Source: Candidatus Uhrbacteria bacterium GW2011_GWE2_46_68
Lineage (GTDB): Bacteria; Patescibacteriota; Patescibacteriia; UBA9934; GWF2-40-263
NCBI GenBank assembly: GCA_001002765.1
Contig: LCMS01000001.1
Span: forward strand, 4,662 to 68,661
DNA length: 64,000 bases
Direction: 5' to 3'
Below the pieces are notes generated by a model, which worked only from the letters and a program-made list of their open reading frames with translations, was not told the DNA's origin and ran no database searches. Made by a program: the position numbers and the translations under genes. Shown here in pieces: positions 18,765 through 29,500 of the stretch (positions are counted from its first letter, which is position 1; each line of letters begins with the position of its first letter).

Positions 18765-20444
18765 ATGGTTTCAGAATATTCTCGAGGCGATCGAGAGGCG
18801 CATAGCGAATCCGAACGCCTTTCCCAATGTTTAGTCAGGCATATTGTGGATGTAAAACCCCAATGGCATGGCACACGGGAACATAAGGCGCAGATAGGAG
18901 ATACAGCCGTTGCAGCCATTGAGGCGCGAGTGTCTCGTTGCGATCCGCCACTTGAGGTTTCGCAGCTCAAATTGGAAAAAGGGAAAAGTATCGTACTGGT
19001 AGGTCCAAACGGAAGCGGCAAGAGTACGCTTTTTGATGCGATCATGGGTCGGGCACACGCGCGGTTTGATGAAGGGTCTTTTGGATACGGCAGGGGCGTG
19101 CATCAAAAAGAAACCTTGCGTATCGCGCGCTTGGATCAAGAAGAAATTTTGGATTCGATCAAAGAGATGACCGCTCGTCAAGTTTTGGATTTGGCAATTG
19201 ATCATTTTCAAGCCGAGTTTCCTGTGGACTGGAATGCTATGGAAAAATACGAGCAGAATCTTGCAAACGACGAAGCTCATGTGCGCATCGAGTCACTTAT
19301 GAGTCAAGTTGGGCATCTTTTTGAAATCGAACAATTTTTGGGCCGCAAAGTGTGCGAGCTTTCCGGAGGAGAACGCACAAAACTTTCTCTCCTCATGCTT
19401 CTTTCAAGCGAGCCTGATGTGCTTCTTTTGGACGAGCCCACCAATCACCTTGATTTGGAAAGCATTGCAAAATTGACCGGACTTTTTGATACATATAAAC
19501 GCGCAGGCGTATCTGTGGTCAATGTGAGTCACGTAGAATGGTTTTTGCAACTCGCAGGCGAGGATGGAACCGTGGAATTGCAAGTGGAGAAAAATCGTCG
19601 TGTGGCCATGTCTTCTCAATCCCCGTACCGCAAGTTTATGAAGCGGGAGAAACGTCGACCCCTTATGACCGGCGCAATCACTTGGCAAACCGAAGGAGTG
19701 GGAAAATCGGCGGGGATCAGCCCTTTTGATGCGGATTTTTCTTTTGCCGTGCCAAATTCTCCACTGCATGCAGTGGAGCTACCCGCAATTTCAAGCGGTG
19801 ACCTGACCGTGTTTAGTGGAAAAAACGGCACAGGAAAAACGAAAATGATGGAGGCGATGGCAGATCCTCATTTCAAGTCCATTCGTCGCGAAAAAGGAAC
19901 CCAAGTGGCGTATCTTCCACAATTTTGGCCTGAACAAATCGCCAATGGAACCGTGGAAAATTTTTTTCTTTGGGTGAAAGAACAAGTGAATCGTTATAGT
20001 GATAAAACCGCCGAGCGATTCAAAAAAGAATTGCGCCAAGTGGGATTTGGAAACGGCACACGAGATCTGTTGCGCGAGCCCATCACTTCTTTTAGCGGAG
20101 GAGAACAGCGATTGCTTTGGTTTGTGGCTGCGAGTATTTTTGAGGGAACCAATGTGTTGGTTTTAGATGAGCCGAGTAACCACATGGATGAGGCTACAAT
20201 GCACAGTGTGCTCAAGGCCATTCAAGATTTTCCCGGAAGCGTCATTCTTTCCACTCATGATTTGCGTTTGATGGAAGAGCTCGAAAAATATTCGGGGAAA
20301 TCAAGAAATGGAGTGCAAAATATTGTGTTTATGCGCGATGGCGAAGATGCTGTCTTAGTGAAAAGTGATGAGAGTCCTTTGGAATATGCCAAGGCCACGT
20401 TTGAACGAGGACGTAAAAAAGCAGGGAGAGTGAAGGTCGCATAA
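18765..20444 (+). CDS. ABC-F family ATPase (two nucleotide-binding domains, no TM)
   Basis: GPNGSGKS, LSGGE, LLLDEPTNHLD; GKNGTGKT, FSGGE, LDEPSNHMD. Confidence 0.88.
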   Translation: MVSEYSRGDREAHSESERLSQCLVRHIVDVKPQWHGTREHKAQIGDTAVAAIEARVSRCDPPLEVSQLKLEKGKSIVLVGPNGSGKSTLFDAIMGRAHARFDEGSFGYGRGVHQKETLRIARLDQEEILDSIKEMTARQVLDLAIDHFQAEFPVDWNAMEKYEQNLANDEAHVRIESLMSQVGHLFEIEQFLGRKVCELSGGERTKLSLLMLLSSEPDVLLLDEPTNHLDLESIAKLTGLFDTYKRAGVSVVNVSHVEWFLQLAGEDGTVELQVEKNRRVAMSSQSPYRKFMKREKRRPLMTGAITWQTEGVGKSAGISPFDADFSFAVPNSPLHAVELPAISSGDLTVFSGKNGTGKTKMMEAMADPHFKSIRREKGTQVAYLPQFWPEQIANGTVENFFLWVKEQVNRYSDKTAERFKKELRQVGFGNGTRDLLREPITSFSGGEQRLLWFVAASIFEGTNVLVLDEPSNHMDEATMHSVLKAIQDFPGSVILSTHDLRLMEELEKYSGKSRNGVQNIVFMRDGEDAVLVKSDESPLEYAKATFERGRKKAGRVKVA

Positions 20445-20504
20445 AATGCGTGATCAAAAAAACAAGAGGCAATGAACCCCTTGTTTTTTGATTTGAGGTG
20501 ATTA

Positions 20505-22346
20505 TTATTCCACCACTCCTTTTTCCGAGGCCATGATATCTTCGGGGAGATCGGTTGTTATAGCAGCACTTGTAGCGCTCACAAACGCGCCGGTTGTTTG
20601 ATCCAAGGCCGTGATTTGAATATCAGAAAGAAGAATGGGAGAAGTTCCGATTTGTTCCTCGGTTGGTATGAGGGAAACTTCAAAGGCAATACCCACAACC
20701 GCACTTTGAGGATCAAGAGTCGGTTGAACAAAATGTGATGTCCAAGAAACGGTTTGTAACGCAGGATTATAAGTGACTCCTTCATCTTGCGAAACCGTTT
20801 GTCGTCCGGTGAAAGAGACGTAAGGAGGAAGAGTTCCTTCGATGGTCACTTGTGAAAGCGGATTGGTTGTGCCGGAAAGATGCCAGAAAATCCAGTACTT
20901 TGTTTCTTGTCCTACGCGCGGAGGCAGGGGGCCACGTCCGAGCTGATCCCCGCTTGGGAGTGCATAACGTGCAAAACTCTCAAGGACAAGGGGAGTGGTG
21001 AGTATCGTGGAAAGAGAAGTGCCCGTATAGGCGATTTCCTGTCCATCCATACTTCCAAGTCGATAAGTGGTGAGAGGAGTTGTGTCAATCGAGATATTTT
21101 CATATCGTGAAAGTTCACTGACAGACACGGAAGATCGCAGTCTCGTGGATAAGATCACTTCTCCTTTTTGCCCCGGAGTGATTTCGTCCAAATCAATAGC
21201 ATCGTCTTTATCGATCAAAATATTTTTTTGTGAGACAAATGGGCTGTTTGATTGCACGCCGATTCGTACATCATAGATAGTGGCATCGCCTGTATTCTCA
21301 TAAGCAATCGTGATCTTCATTTCTGATCCCGGTCGCACGGTTTTTCGATCCACAATCTGTGTCAAAGAAAGCTGTGGAGGAATTACTGCACATGTTTGCG
21401 TCAACACCTCTTGTCGATAATGAGTTTGTTCAAAAGTAAAGGAAGGGTGTAAAGAAAAAACAACTTCTTCTTTTGTGGTCGCAAGATACCCGGAAAAGCT
21501 CATGGTTCCTTGTTCTCCCGCAATAATTGAGGGAAGAGTGAAATGATTATCCACAAGACTCGGTTGACTTTCGATTAAAACAAAACCTTCAGGCCAAGAC
21601 GGTTCAATGCTAATTTCCGGGAAATCCACCGTACCCGTATTGTGATAGGTGATGGTTCCCTCAATCGCTTGATAGGCAACCAAAGGTTCGGGAATCCATA
21701 ATGTGAGTGCCAAAGTGGAGCGTACAGGAGAAAAACGATGTTCACTTGTTTTTTGCGCCACTTTATTTTTTTCTCCGTAGGAAAAGGTCATGAGACTGCG
21801 AAATGTTTGTGTGCCACCCACATCTCCAAACAGGACTCCTGTGATTTTGATAGATCCCGTCGCCTCTGGTTTAAGAGTTCCGAGGATCACATGATTTTCT
21901 TCCACAGCCGCATTTTCAGAAAGAATTTCTTGCAATTGAAAATGTGCAGGATAGGTAAGGGTTATGTTTGCGTTGCGAAGTTCTTCTCCTGTCCCGTTTG
22001 TATAGTGAATGATAAGAGTGGAAGGCGCTCCACTGACAATTTCTTCCGGAGCGATGGAGACGTCGAGATACAGATCATCGGCAATGGTGTGTTTTGGAAA
22101 AAATGTCAAAATTCCTGCCGCGACAAGAAGGCCAAGGGTAAGGCCGATCAAGACAAGGTCAGCCAAAAAAATCGTGCGAGCAAAGGCATAGCGTCCGGCA
22201 TAATGTTTTTCAAACCATTTCACAAAAGGAAGAAGTGCCAGCCTTCCCGGGTGAATGACAAGACTTATGGTTTTATGGAGGAGATGTTCGGGTGTGCCCA
22301 AGTCGTGACAGACAAGATGAGGTTTGAGACGGTGGAAAAAAGACAT
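20505..22346 (-). CDS. Membrane-anchored protein with DUF11-like Ig domains
   Basis: N-terminal TM, YTNGTG/YENTGD repeats, GPLPPRVGQET.Y motif; start set to ATG 22346. Confidence 0.75.
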   Translation of the reverse strand: MSFFHRLKPHLVCHDLGTPEHLLHKTISLVIHPGRLALLPFVKWFEKHYAGRYAFARTIFLADLVLIGLTLGLLVAAGILTFFPKHTIADDLYLDVSIAPEEIVSGAPSTLIIHYTNGTGEELRNANITLTYPAHFQLQEILSENAAVEENHVILGTLKPEATGSIKITGVLFGDVGGTQTFRSLMTFSYGEKNKVAQKTSEHRFSPVRSTLALTLWIPEPLVAYQAIEGTITYHNTGTVDFPEISIEPSWPEGFVLIESQPSLVDNHFTLPSIIAGEQGTMSFSGYLATTKEEVVFSLHPSFTFEQTHYRQEVLTQTCAVIPPQLSLTQIVDRKTVRPGSEMKITIAYENTGDATIYDVRIGVQSNSPFVSQKNILIDKDDAIDLDEITPGQKGEVILSTRLRSSVSVSELSRYENISIDTTPLTTYRLGSMDGQEIAYTGTSLSTILTTPLVLESFARYALPSGDQLGRGPLPPRVGQETKYWIFWHLSGTTNPLSQVTIEGTLPPYVSFTGRQTVSQDEGVTYNPALQTVSWTSHFVQPTLDPQSAVVGIAFEVSLIPTEEQIGTSPILLSDIQITALDQTTGAFVSATSAAITTDLPEDIMASEKGVVE

Positions 22347-22347
22347 A

Positions 22348-24375
22348 TTAAAAAGAAGAAAGAGTAAAGACATCGGTGGTAAAAGCAAAAATTTCTTCGG
22401 TTCCGTTTCCATCAATGTCCGAAGCGGTGATGAGTAAGCCGTTTTTTTGTGTGGCACTGGCTCCTAAAAATTCGGAAAAAAGATTTCCGTCGCGATCAAA
22501 GATTTTGACCCAAGGTTCTAATCCAGCCCCCGGGCCAGTGATGATCTCATCGATCCCATCACCGTTTATATCACCTGAAGCGACATAAGCTCCTCCGCGA
22601 TAATCTTCATCATACGCGAGAAAGCCAGGATTGATGACCTTGCCGTGTTTGTTGGTGATGCGAATATGGGGGCCACCACCATCCCCGGCCGCACAAATAA
22701 TTTCCCGTGTCCCGTCTCCATTAAGATCACCGATTGCGACACGGACACCCCCTCGGAACGATTCATGATAAGGAAAAAATCCAGGATTGATTAAAATTCC
22801 TTCACTGTTAAACACGCGGATATGCGGGCCTCCGCCTTCTTCGGTTCCTGTGACAATTTCCATAGATCCATCATTTTCCAAATCTCCCACCGCAAGATTT
22901 ACCCCGTCGTGATACAGATCAGTATACGGTGCAAAACGAGAGAGAAGAGATCCGTTTTCGTCATAAATAGAAACATAGGTGTCTCCTGCAGCTATGGTTT
23001 CACGCTCCCCGTCATGGTCAAGGTCATAGCGAACGACAAAGGTTCCGCCGAGTTGTGAAGCGTCATAGGCAAAAAATCCCGTGCGGGATGCATTGCCTTC
23101 GAGATCAAACACACGCGTAAAGGATCCATTCAAAAATGGTGCATCAGTGAGTTCTTTAATCGGACGCAAAAGAATGATTCCGTCTTTGGAGGCTAAGGTG
23201 ATCGTTGAGGTAACCGACCCATCATTGATAGACGGATCCTGGGTTCCACGGAGCTTTTCGTATTCACCGTCAAGCATAATGGTTTGTGAGGTTGATGTTG
23301 CGTTCAAAACGACTTTGCCGTTTTCAAAATCTCGCTCCCAAATTCCCGTAGTGATGGTGACATCATGAGGATCCAAAAGATTTTCAGGATCTCCTTTTTG
23401 TTCTCCCAAATACACATCATATTCATCGTACGTCCATAGTTGACTATGATTTTCATCTCCATAATCAAAGCCGAAAAACCCGCTGCCTAAAAGCGTGGTG
23501 GTGATGCCATAGCGCACACTTTGATAATCGTTCGAGTCTCCGGTGTTTTTTGTATTCACGTTAATAATATTGATGGGGGATCGGGTCAGCGATTCTTCAA
23601 AAGAAAGATAATCGCGCGTTCGATTTTTCCAATCCGTGAGAGTGTCGTTTGAGGAAGGAAATGTTTCAAACATGCGACCGTTCACATACGGGGCAAAGGA
23701 GAGGTTGGAACTGCCGTTTGTGATCATGATGGCAGAGGATCCCAAAAGAGACCGTGTGGTGGAAAATAATTCTTTATATCGAGAAGCCCAAAGCGTATTT
23801 GCTTCGGCAGCCGAATCATTTTTTCCGTCTTGATTGATATCAAGGTCTCCAATCCAAGTGATACTGTCCTGAACTTCGTCATAAAAGATTCCATCCCAAT
23901 ATCCGGTGGAGATTACTTCCTCGTCTACAAAAGAGGCAAGGTAAGAGATCCAATTTGTATTGAGATTGAGTGCTCGCGTTCCTGGCCAGACGGATTTTTG
24001 CGATCCATCCTCATCGGTAAGCCACCAATCAGACTCGATGCCTTCATATAATTTGTCATGGAAAGGATCAGACCAATAGCGATCATTCCAGCTGACCGTA
24101 GGGATATAGGCTAAGAGAATAATATCTGGATTGAGTTTCCGGATTTTATCGAAAAATTCTTTGTTATAGATTTGCGCTTCGGCAGGGAGGACAAGGAGAT
24201 CAAAGGTGGAAAGGGTTTGGATAGTGTTTTCATCTTGGAGGGTTGAACCGGACATGAGGAAATAATTTGCTGTCCTGACAGAGGGCGGTTCATCAGAAGC
24301 CAAAAGAGACGCCTTGTGCCAAGGGGCAAGGAGGAGAACCGCTATGGTGAAAAAATGAATCAGGCGTCGTATCAT
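22348..24375 (-). CDS. Secreted putative glycoside hydrolase-like protein with FG-GAP-like repeats
   Basis: Signal peptide, WDGIFYDE, repeated VA.GD.NGDG..EI..G.G.GGGPHIR; start set to ATG 24375. Confidence 0.8.
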   Translation of the reverse strand: MIRRLIHFFTIAVLLLAPWHKASLLASDEPPSVRTANYFLMSGSTLQDENTIQTLSTFDLLVLPAEAQIYNKEFFDKIRKLNPDIILLAYIPTVSWNDRYWSDPFHDKLYEGIESDWWLTDEDGSQKSVWPGTRALNLNTNWISYLASFVDEEVISTGYWDGIFYDEVQDSITWIGDLDINQDGKNDSAAEANTLWASRYKELFSTTRSLLGSSAIMITNGSSNLSFAPYVNGRMFETFPSSNDTLTDWKNRTRDYLSFEESLTRSPINIINVNTKNTGDSNDYQSVRYGITTTLLGSGFFGFDYGDENHSQLWTYDEYDVYLGEQKGDPENLLDPHDVTITTGIWERDFENGKVVLNATSTSQTIMLDGEYEKLRGTQDPSINDGSVTSTITLASKDGIILLRPIKELTDAPFLNGSFTRVFDLEGNASRTGFFAYDASQLGGTFVVRYDLDHDGERETIAAGDTYVSIYDENGSLLSRFAPYTDLYHDGVNLAVGDLENDGSMEIVTGTEEGGGPHIRVFNSEGILINPGFFPYHESFRGGVRVAIGDLNGDGTREIICAAGDGGGPHIRITNKHGKVINPGFLAYDEDYRGGAYVASGDINGDGIDEIITGPGAGLEPWVKIFDRDGNLFSEFLGASATQKNGLLITASDIDGNGTEEIFAFTTDVFTLSSF

Positions 24376-24394
24376 AAAAAAGAAGGGGCAGGAC

Positions 24395-24694
24395 TTAGAG
24401 TGTGTCTTCCTTCTTTTCGGGCTGGACATTAAATGGGTTAGGGGAATAGAGCTTGTTGGTGATCCGCCAGCGATCCACGTATTGACCGATGCCTTTATTG
24501 TCCCGTTTGTTTCGGGCGGTTGTTGTTCGTTGTGACCAACGCAGGAGGGATTCAAAGTTAAGTTTGTATCGCCCCTGAACCACCACATAGGTGATTTCTT
24601 GGTCTTTGATGGCTCGGCGGATGGTTCTTTGGCTGACGCCAAAGATACGTGCGGCTTCAGAGACAGAGAGGCGGATTGCGGTTTGGTTTGACAT
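24395..24694 (-). CDS. Excisionase-like helix-turn-helix protein
   Basis: LSVSEAARIFGVSQRTIRRAI; promoter TTGACA-17-TACACT on minus strand at 24721-24749. Confidence 0.8.
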   Translation of the reverse strand: MSNQTAIRLSVSEAARIFGVSQRTIRRAIKDQEITYVVVQGRYKLNFESLLRWSQRTTTARNKRDNKGIGQYVDRWRITNKLYSPNPFNVQPEKKEDTL

Positions 24695-24795
24695 AGAAAT
24701 GAGATCAATTTGTCTACAACAGTGTAGCCATACAAAACCTTTTTGTCAATTGAGGATTGATTTTTGGGCGTTTTTCAGCTATCCTTCGTTCATCT

Positions 24796-24822
24796 TGTAA
24801 CGTTTTCCTTATTTCAAACGAC
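24796..24822 (+). promoter_or_regulatory. ECF-type promoter
   Basis: TGTAAC-17nt-CGAC just upstream of the ECF sigma gene. Confidence 0.55.
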
Positions 24823-24829
24823 TACTATT

Positions 24830-25441
24830 GTGCAAGGCTCGAAAGAACAATTCCTCCTGTATCGGTTGCGCACGCATCGAGATTCTCGGGCTTTCGCGTG
24901 CCTTTTCAATGAGCACAAGGATCCCATCTTCCGCTATCTCAAGGCAAAATTACCTACTGTTCAGGACGCGGAAGATGCCCTTTCCACGACCTTCTTGCGT
25001 CTGTGGAATTACGTTATCACCTCGCCGGTGGATCATGTATCCAGCCTGACGTTTACCATAGCCAAAGGGGTGATCGCGGATTTCTATCGGCAAAGAAAAG
25101 TAGACATACCATTAACAAATGAAGAAGGTGAAGACTTGCCTTTAGCTGGAGAGGACGGCAAAGAAGGAATCGAACAACGAGTTGAGGTGTCGCTTATCAA
25201 GCGAATCATTCCAACCCTTAAGTCCGAGCATCAAGATGTGATCATTCTGCGCTTTGTCCAAGGGCTTTCTGTAAGGGAAGCTGCCAGGTATCTTCAAAAG
25301 TCTGAAAGCGCGGTTCGAGTGACTCTACACCGCGCGATCAAAGAGCTACGTATCAAATTCGAACAAAAACATTGTGAACCACCGCACGTTTCTCCAAACT
25401 CTGCAGGAACTCAAGGAGACCACCCGGTCAACCGACCTTGA
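24830..25441 (+). CDS. ECF RNA polymerase sigma factor
   Basis: DAEDALSTTFLRLW (region 2), LSVREAARYLQKSESAVRVTLHRA (region 4); GTG start inferred. Confidence 0.9.
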   Translation: MQGSKEQFLLYRLRTHRDSRAFACLFNEHKDPIFRYLKAKLPTVQDAEDALSTTFLRLWNYVITSPVDHVSSLTFTIAKGVIADFYRQRKVDIPLTNEEGEDLPLAGEDGKEGIEQRVEVSLIKRIIPTLKSEHQDVIILRFVQGLSVREAARYLQKSESAVRVTLHRAIKELRIKFEQKHCEPPHVSPNSAGTQGDHPVNRP

Positions 25442-26294
25442 GCTTTCCACACAAAACGCATGGCAAAAAATTGCCACTGACCTTGAGTTGCCCTTGGAGA
25501 ATACTGTGAGTGGTTTTTCTGTACGTGAATATCTGGATTATGGCATTGGATATGCCGCGCGTCTTGCCGTAAAACCGGTAGCCGTTTCTTTGACAGCTTT
25601 TGTTTTTGTGGTAGCTGGAGGGTTGGGTATCACAAATGCTTCTTTTTACAGCCTCCCGGGAGATGCCATGTACCCGGTCAAGTTATCCATGGAGCATCTT
25701 CAGCTTTCCATTTCTTCCGACGATGCCCAGCGTGCCAAATTACAAGTGGAGTTTGCCGGTCGCCGACTTGAGGAAATGACCGATCTAGCTGCTCGCTCAG
25801 GCGATCAGGTTTCCAATATTCAATACGCCATGAATCAATTTCGTCAGGAGACTAGAGTCATTCAAGATGAATTGACCTCTGATTCTACCGATTTGGCTCG
25901 TGAAGTCAGTCGTAAGGTGGAAATCTACAATTCAACCGTTTCCGCTTCCCCCGATCTTAAGACCGAACTTGTGGGAGAAGAAGTACAAGAGATTATTGAA
26001 GCGACTCAAGATCAGGCTGTAGAAGTTTTCTTGTCCACACATGAATCTACGCAAGATGCGGAAAGCGCCAAAGAGCTCGATTACACGTTTGATCAAGAAT
26101 ATTCAGCACTCGAGAGTGAATTGGAAACCTTCACAGCCGATCAAGAAAAAGATTTTTTTACACAATTCAATACAACTTCCACAGCCTATCTCATTTTAGC
26201 TGATCAACTGCGCGATCAAGCCGCTTATCGTCGTGCGTTTCAAATTTTGAGCGAAATAGAGATGTTCCTCCAAGTTTTCAAGGAAACCTCTTAG
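25374..26294 (+). CDS. Putative anti-sigma, DUF5667-like membrane protein
   Basis: Single TM followed by SLPGDAMYPVKLSME...RRLEE; overlaps the sigma gene. Confidence 0.75.
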   Translation: MNHRTFLQTLQELKETTRSTDLELSTQNAWQKIATDLELPLENTVSGFSVREYLDYGIGYAARLAVKPVAVSLTAFVFVVAGGLGITNASFYSLPGDAMYPVKLSMEHLQLSISSDDAQRAKLQVEFAGRRLEEMTDLAARSGDQVSNIQYAMNQFRQETRVIQDELTSDSTDLAREVSRKVEIYNSTVSASPDLKTELVGEEVQEIIEATQDQAVEVFLSTHESTQDAESAKELDYTFDQEYSALESELETFTADQEKDFFTQFNTTSTAYLILADQLRDQAAYRRAFQILSEIEMFLQVFKETS

Positions 26295-26502
26295 GTTTCC
26301 CTTCGATCCGGGTATCTTTTCCAAGGATATCCGGATCGGGGCTGACCCGACTTCTTCTTTTCTACGCAAGTGGAAAAAGAGGAGTGAATGTGTTTTTTAC
26401 AGGTGGATGATAGAAAAGTCGAGGCTTGAAAAAGCCATTGTCCACTTTAATTCCGAAAAAAGGTTCGCCCGGTATAACCCCCGGGTAAAAAATTACTTTC
26501 TT

Positions 26503-29500
26503 ATGAACGATGTACTCAAAATGGGAAAGAAAGCATTTACCGTGTTCGTCGCTGCGGCCACTTTGTTGTGGACCGTCGGTGTAGTGTCTTTTGTTGCCCC
26601 TTTGGCCGCAAAAGCCGCTTCTTACGATGCCGGTGATCTCATTAAAGGTGAAACCTTCTCAACCGTTTATTACTACGGAACAGATGGTCTTCGCTACTCT
26701 TTCCCAAACGAAAAGACGTATTTTACTTGGTATACTGATTTCGACGATGTCGTTACCATTTCCGATGAGGATTTGGGTGACATTTCCCTTGGCGGCAACA
26801 TTGTGTACCGCCCGGGATCCCGCTGGATCAAGGTAGATAATATGGCCGAAGTCTATGCAGTTTCCACTGATGGAACCATCCATTGGATCGAAGATGCCGA
26901 TGTGGCCGAAGACCTTGCTGGCGCAAATTGGAACCAATTTATCGATGACGTTCCAGATGTATTCTTCTCTGATTACGCTGCTGGTGATTCCATTGTAGAT
27001 GCCAGCGAAGGATATGATGGCATGCTTGTCGATGATGAAGGAACCACCTATCTCATCTGGGATGGCGAAAAGCGTGAAGTGTCCGATATGGATGCCAACC
27101 GTTTTAACAGCGATTATGTGCTCGATGGCGATGGTGTCGATCTCGACAGCATGACCACGGGTGATGAGATTGATTCCGAACTTGATAACATGACCGATAC
27201 CGCCCAGGTGGTAGATGAGGAAACCTATACCGAAACCACCGAAGTGACCGTGAGCGTAGCCGATGATTCTCCAGATTCACTCACCCTCGCTTCCGGTACG
27301 GATACAACTGTTGACGTGAATGGTTTTGCCAATCTCGTCAGCTACGAATTTGACAACCCAACCGATGAGGATTTGACCGTCACAAGTTTTGCTTTGAATC
27401 GTGGTGGTGTGTCTTCTGACACAACACTCTCAAACGTCTATCTTTTTGATGGATATGTACGTTTGACCGATTCCGCCACTCTTTCAAGCGGAAAAGTGAC
27501 TTGGAACGACACCTCCGGTCTTTTCACGATTCCAGCAGGTACCAGCGCGACCATTGATGTCTGGGGCGATATCGCCTATGCCACCTCCGGTCAAACGGTG
27601 TACCTCAAGATTGCTTCAGCCGATGACATCACTTTTGATGGCAGCTATGAGGCAACAGGAGACTTCCCACTCCAAGGCGCAACTCACAGTATTGCGACGG
27701 TTTCAAACCTCTCATACTTTGATGTGAACGCCACGACAACTCCTTCAGCTTCATCCATTGATGCTCAAGACGATTATCGTATTTGGGAAAATACCGTAAA
27801 CATCGGTAACAATGAGATGTATCTTTATTCCATCCGTTTCCGTAATATCGGATCCATCGATGCTGATGATATCGAAAACTTCCGATTGTATGTGGCCGGT
27901 GTGAATTATGGCGATGCCGTTGCAAACCAGGATGCCAATGGATACGTCACCTTCGATCTCTCCGACGACCCAGTCAAGATGAATACCGGTAACCATATCG
28001 TGAAAGTTTTGGCTGATATTATCGGTGGATCTACTCGCACAGTCTCCATGTCTTTGCGCACAGCCGCTGACGTGGTTGCTATGGACGAGGATTACGATCA
28101 AGCCACGGTTACAACCGATGGCGGCGGAACAGCTTTCGCCAACCATGATGCAGGTGCACAAACCATCAACAGTGGAACCTTGGTGATCAGCAAGTCATTG
28201 ACTTCAGCTTCTGGCAATGTCACCAATGGCGCCACCAACATGTCACTCGCAAAGTTTGACGTGAAGGCATATGGAGAAGACATGAAAGTTGAAAACCTCA
28301 ACTTCTATGTTGATGAAAGCGACAACGACACAGCATTCACCCTCCGCAATGGCGCGGTTTATGCTGACGGTGTCCAAATCGGAAGCACAGCAGCCCTCGC
28401 TTCCAATAGCGATGCCACCCTTGCTTACACAGCTTATACTTTTGGTTCATCCCTTGTGATCGAGCCGGGAGAGACTGTTGTGATCGAAGTAAAAGGTGAC
28501 ATTTATGACAGCGATGGTACCAATGATTGTGCCAATGCCGATACCTTGCAGGTCAACATGGACAACACGACTTCAAGCAACGTCTTGCGAAGAACATCCG
28601 GAAGCTACACAACCTATCCATCTGCCGATGTAGCTGCAAACACCCTCACAGTTGCCCAAGGCAGCTTGACGGTCGCAAAGAACACTTCTTATGCCGATCA
28701 GAGCACCGTTGCTCCAAAGACGGCTTATAAGCTCGGTTCTTTCACCATTGCTTCTTCAACAACCGAAGTTGTGAACATCACCCAGTTTGATGTGGATTTC
28801 ACTGATGCCGATGCTTTCGATGCCTCTGATGATTTGACCAACCTCTATATTGAGTATGGTCCAACATCTGCATACAACACGAGCTCCATCAAAGGAACCG
28901 TGACAGATTCAGATAATACCTGGTCTGTGAACTATGCCTTGGCAGCCAGCACCACCATCTATGTGAACATCTATGCCGATATCCCAACCAGTTCAACAAA
29001 TGGTGATGGCATAGCTGACACGATGCGCCCAAGCCTGACCATTACAGCCCAAGGTGCCTCCTCTGCCGCTGATGCTTCAGCCACAGTTGTGACCGGACAA
29101 ACCGTTACTTCAACAACCGGTTCTTTCACCGAGTCTGAAGATTCTATGCCAGCAGCCAAGGTGGTTGCGGCAAACCAGGAAGTTGAAGCAGCCAAGTTCC
29201 GCTTCACCGCTTCCAATGAGACCTACAACATCAAAGAGGTGACCGTCTCTGTGACAAGCGCAACCGTAGCCGGTGTGATCGGTACAGCAAACCTGTACGA
29301 CGGTTCCACCTTAATCGGTTCTGCCGCTTTTGATCAGAGCAGCAACATGCGAGCCCTCATTTATGTGACAGGTGGTCTCGAAGTGCCTTATAACACCTAC
29401 AAGACTCTCACCGTCAAACTCGATTTGAACGATGTGGGTACAGGTTCGGGTACTTCTCAACAGGACGCAGCCATTACCCTTTACTCAGTGAAGTTTGCTG

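Noticed and set aside
24395-24694. Prophage or integrative element suggested by the excisionase-like HTH
   Set aside because: No integrase, att-like repeats or phage genes nearby.
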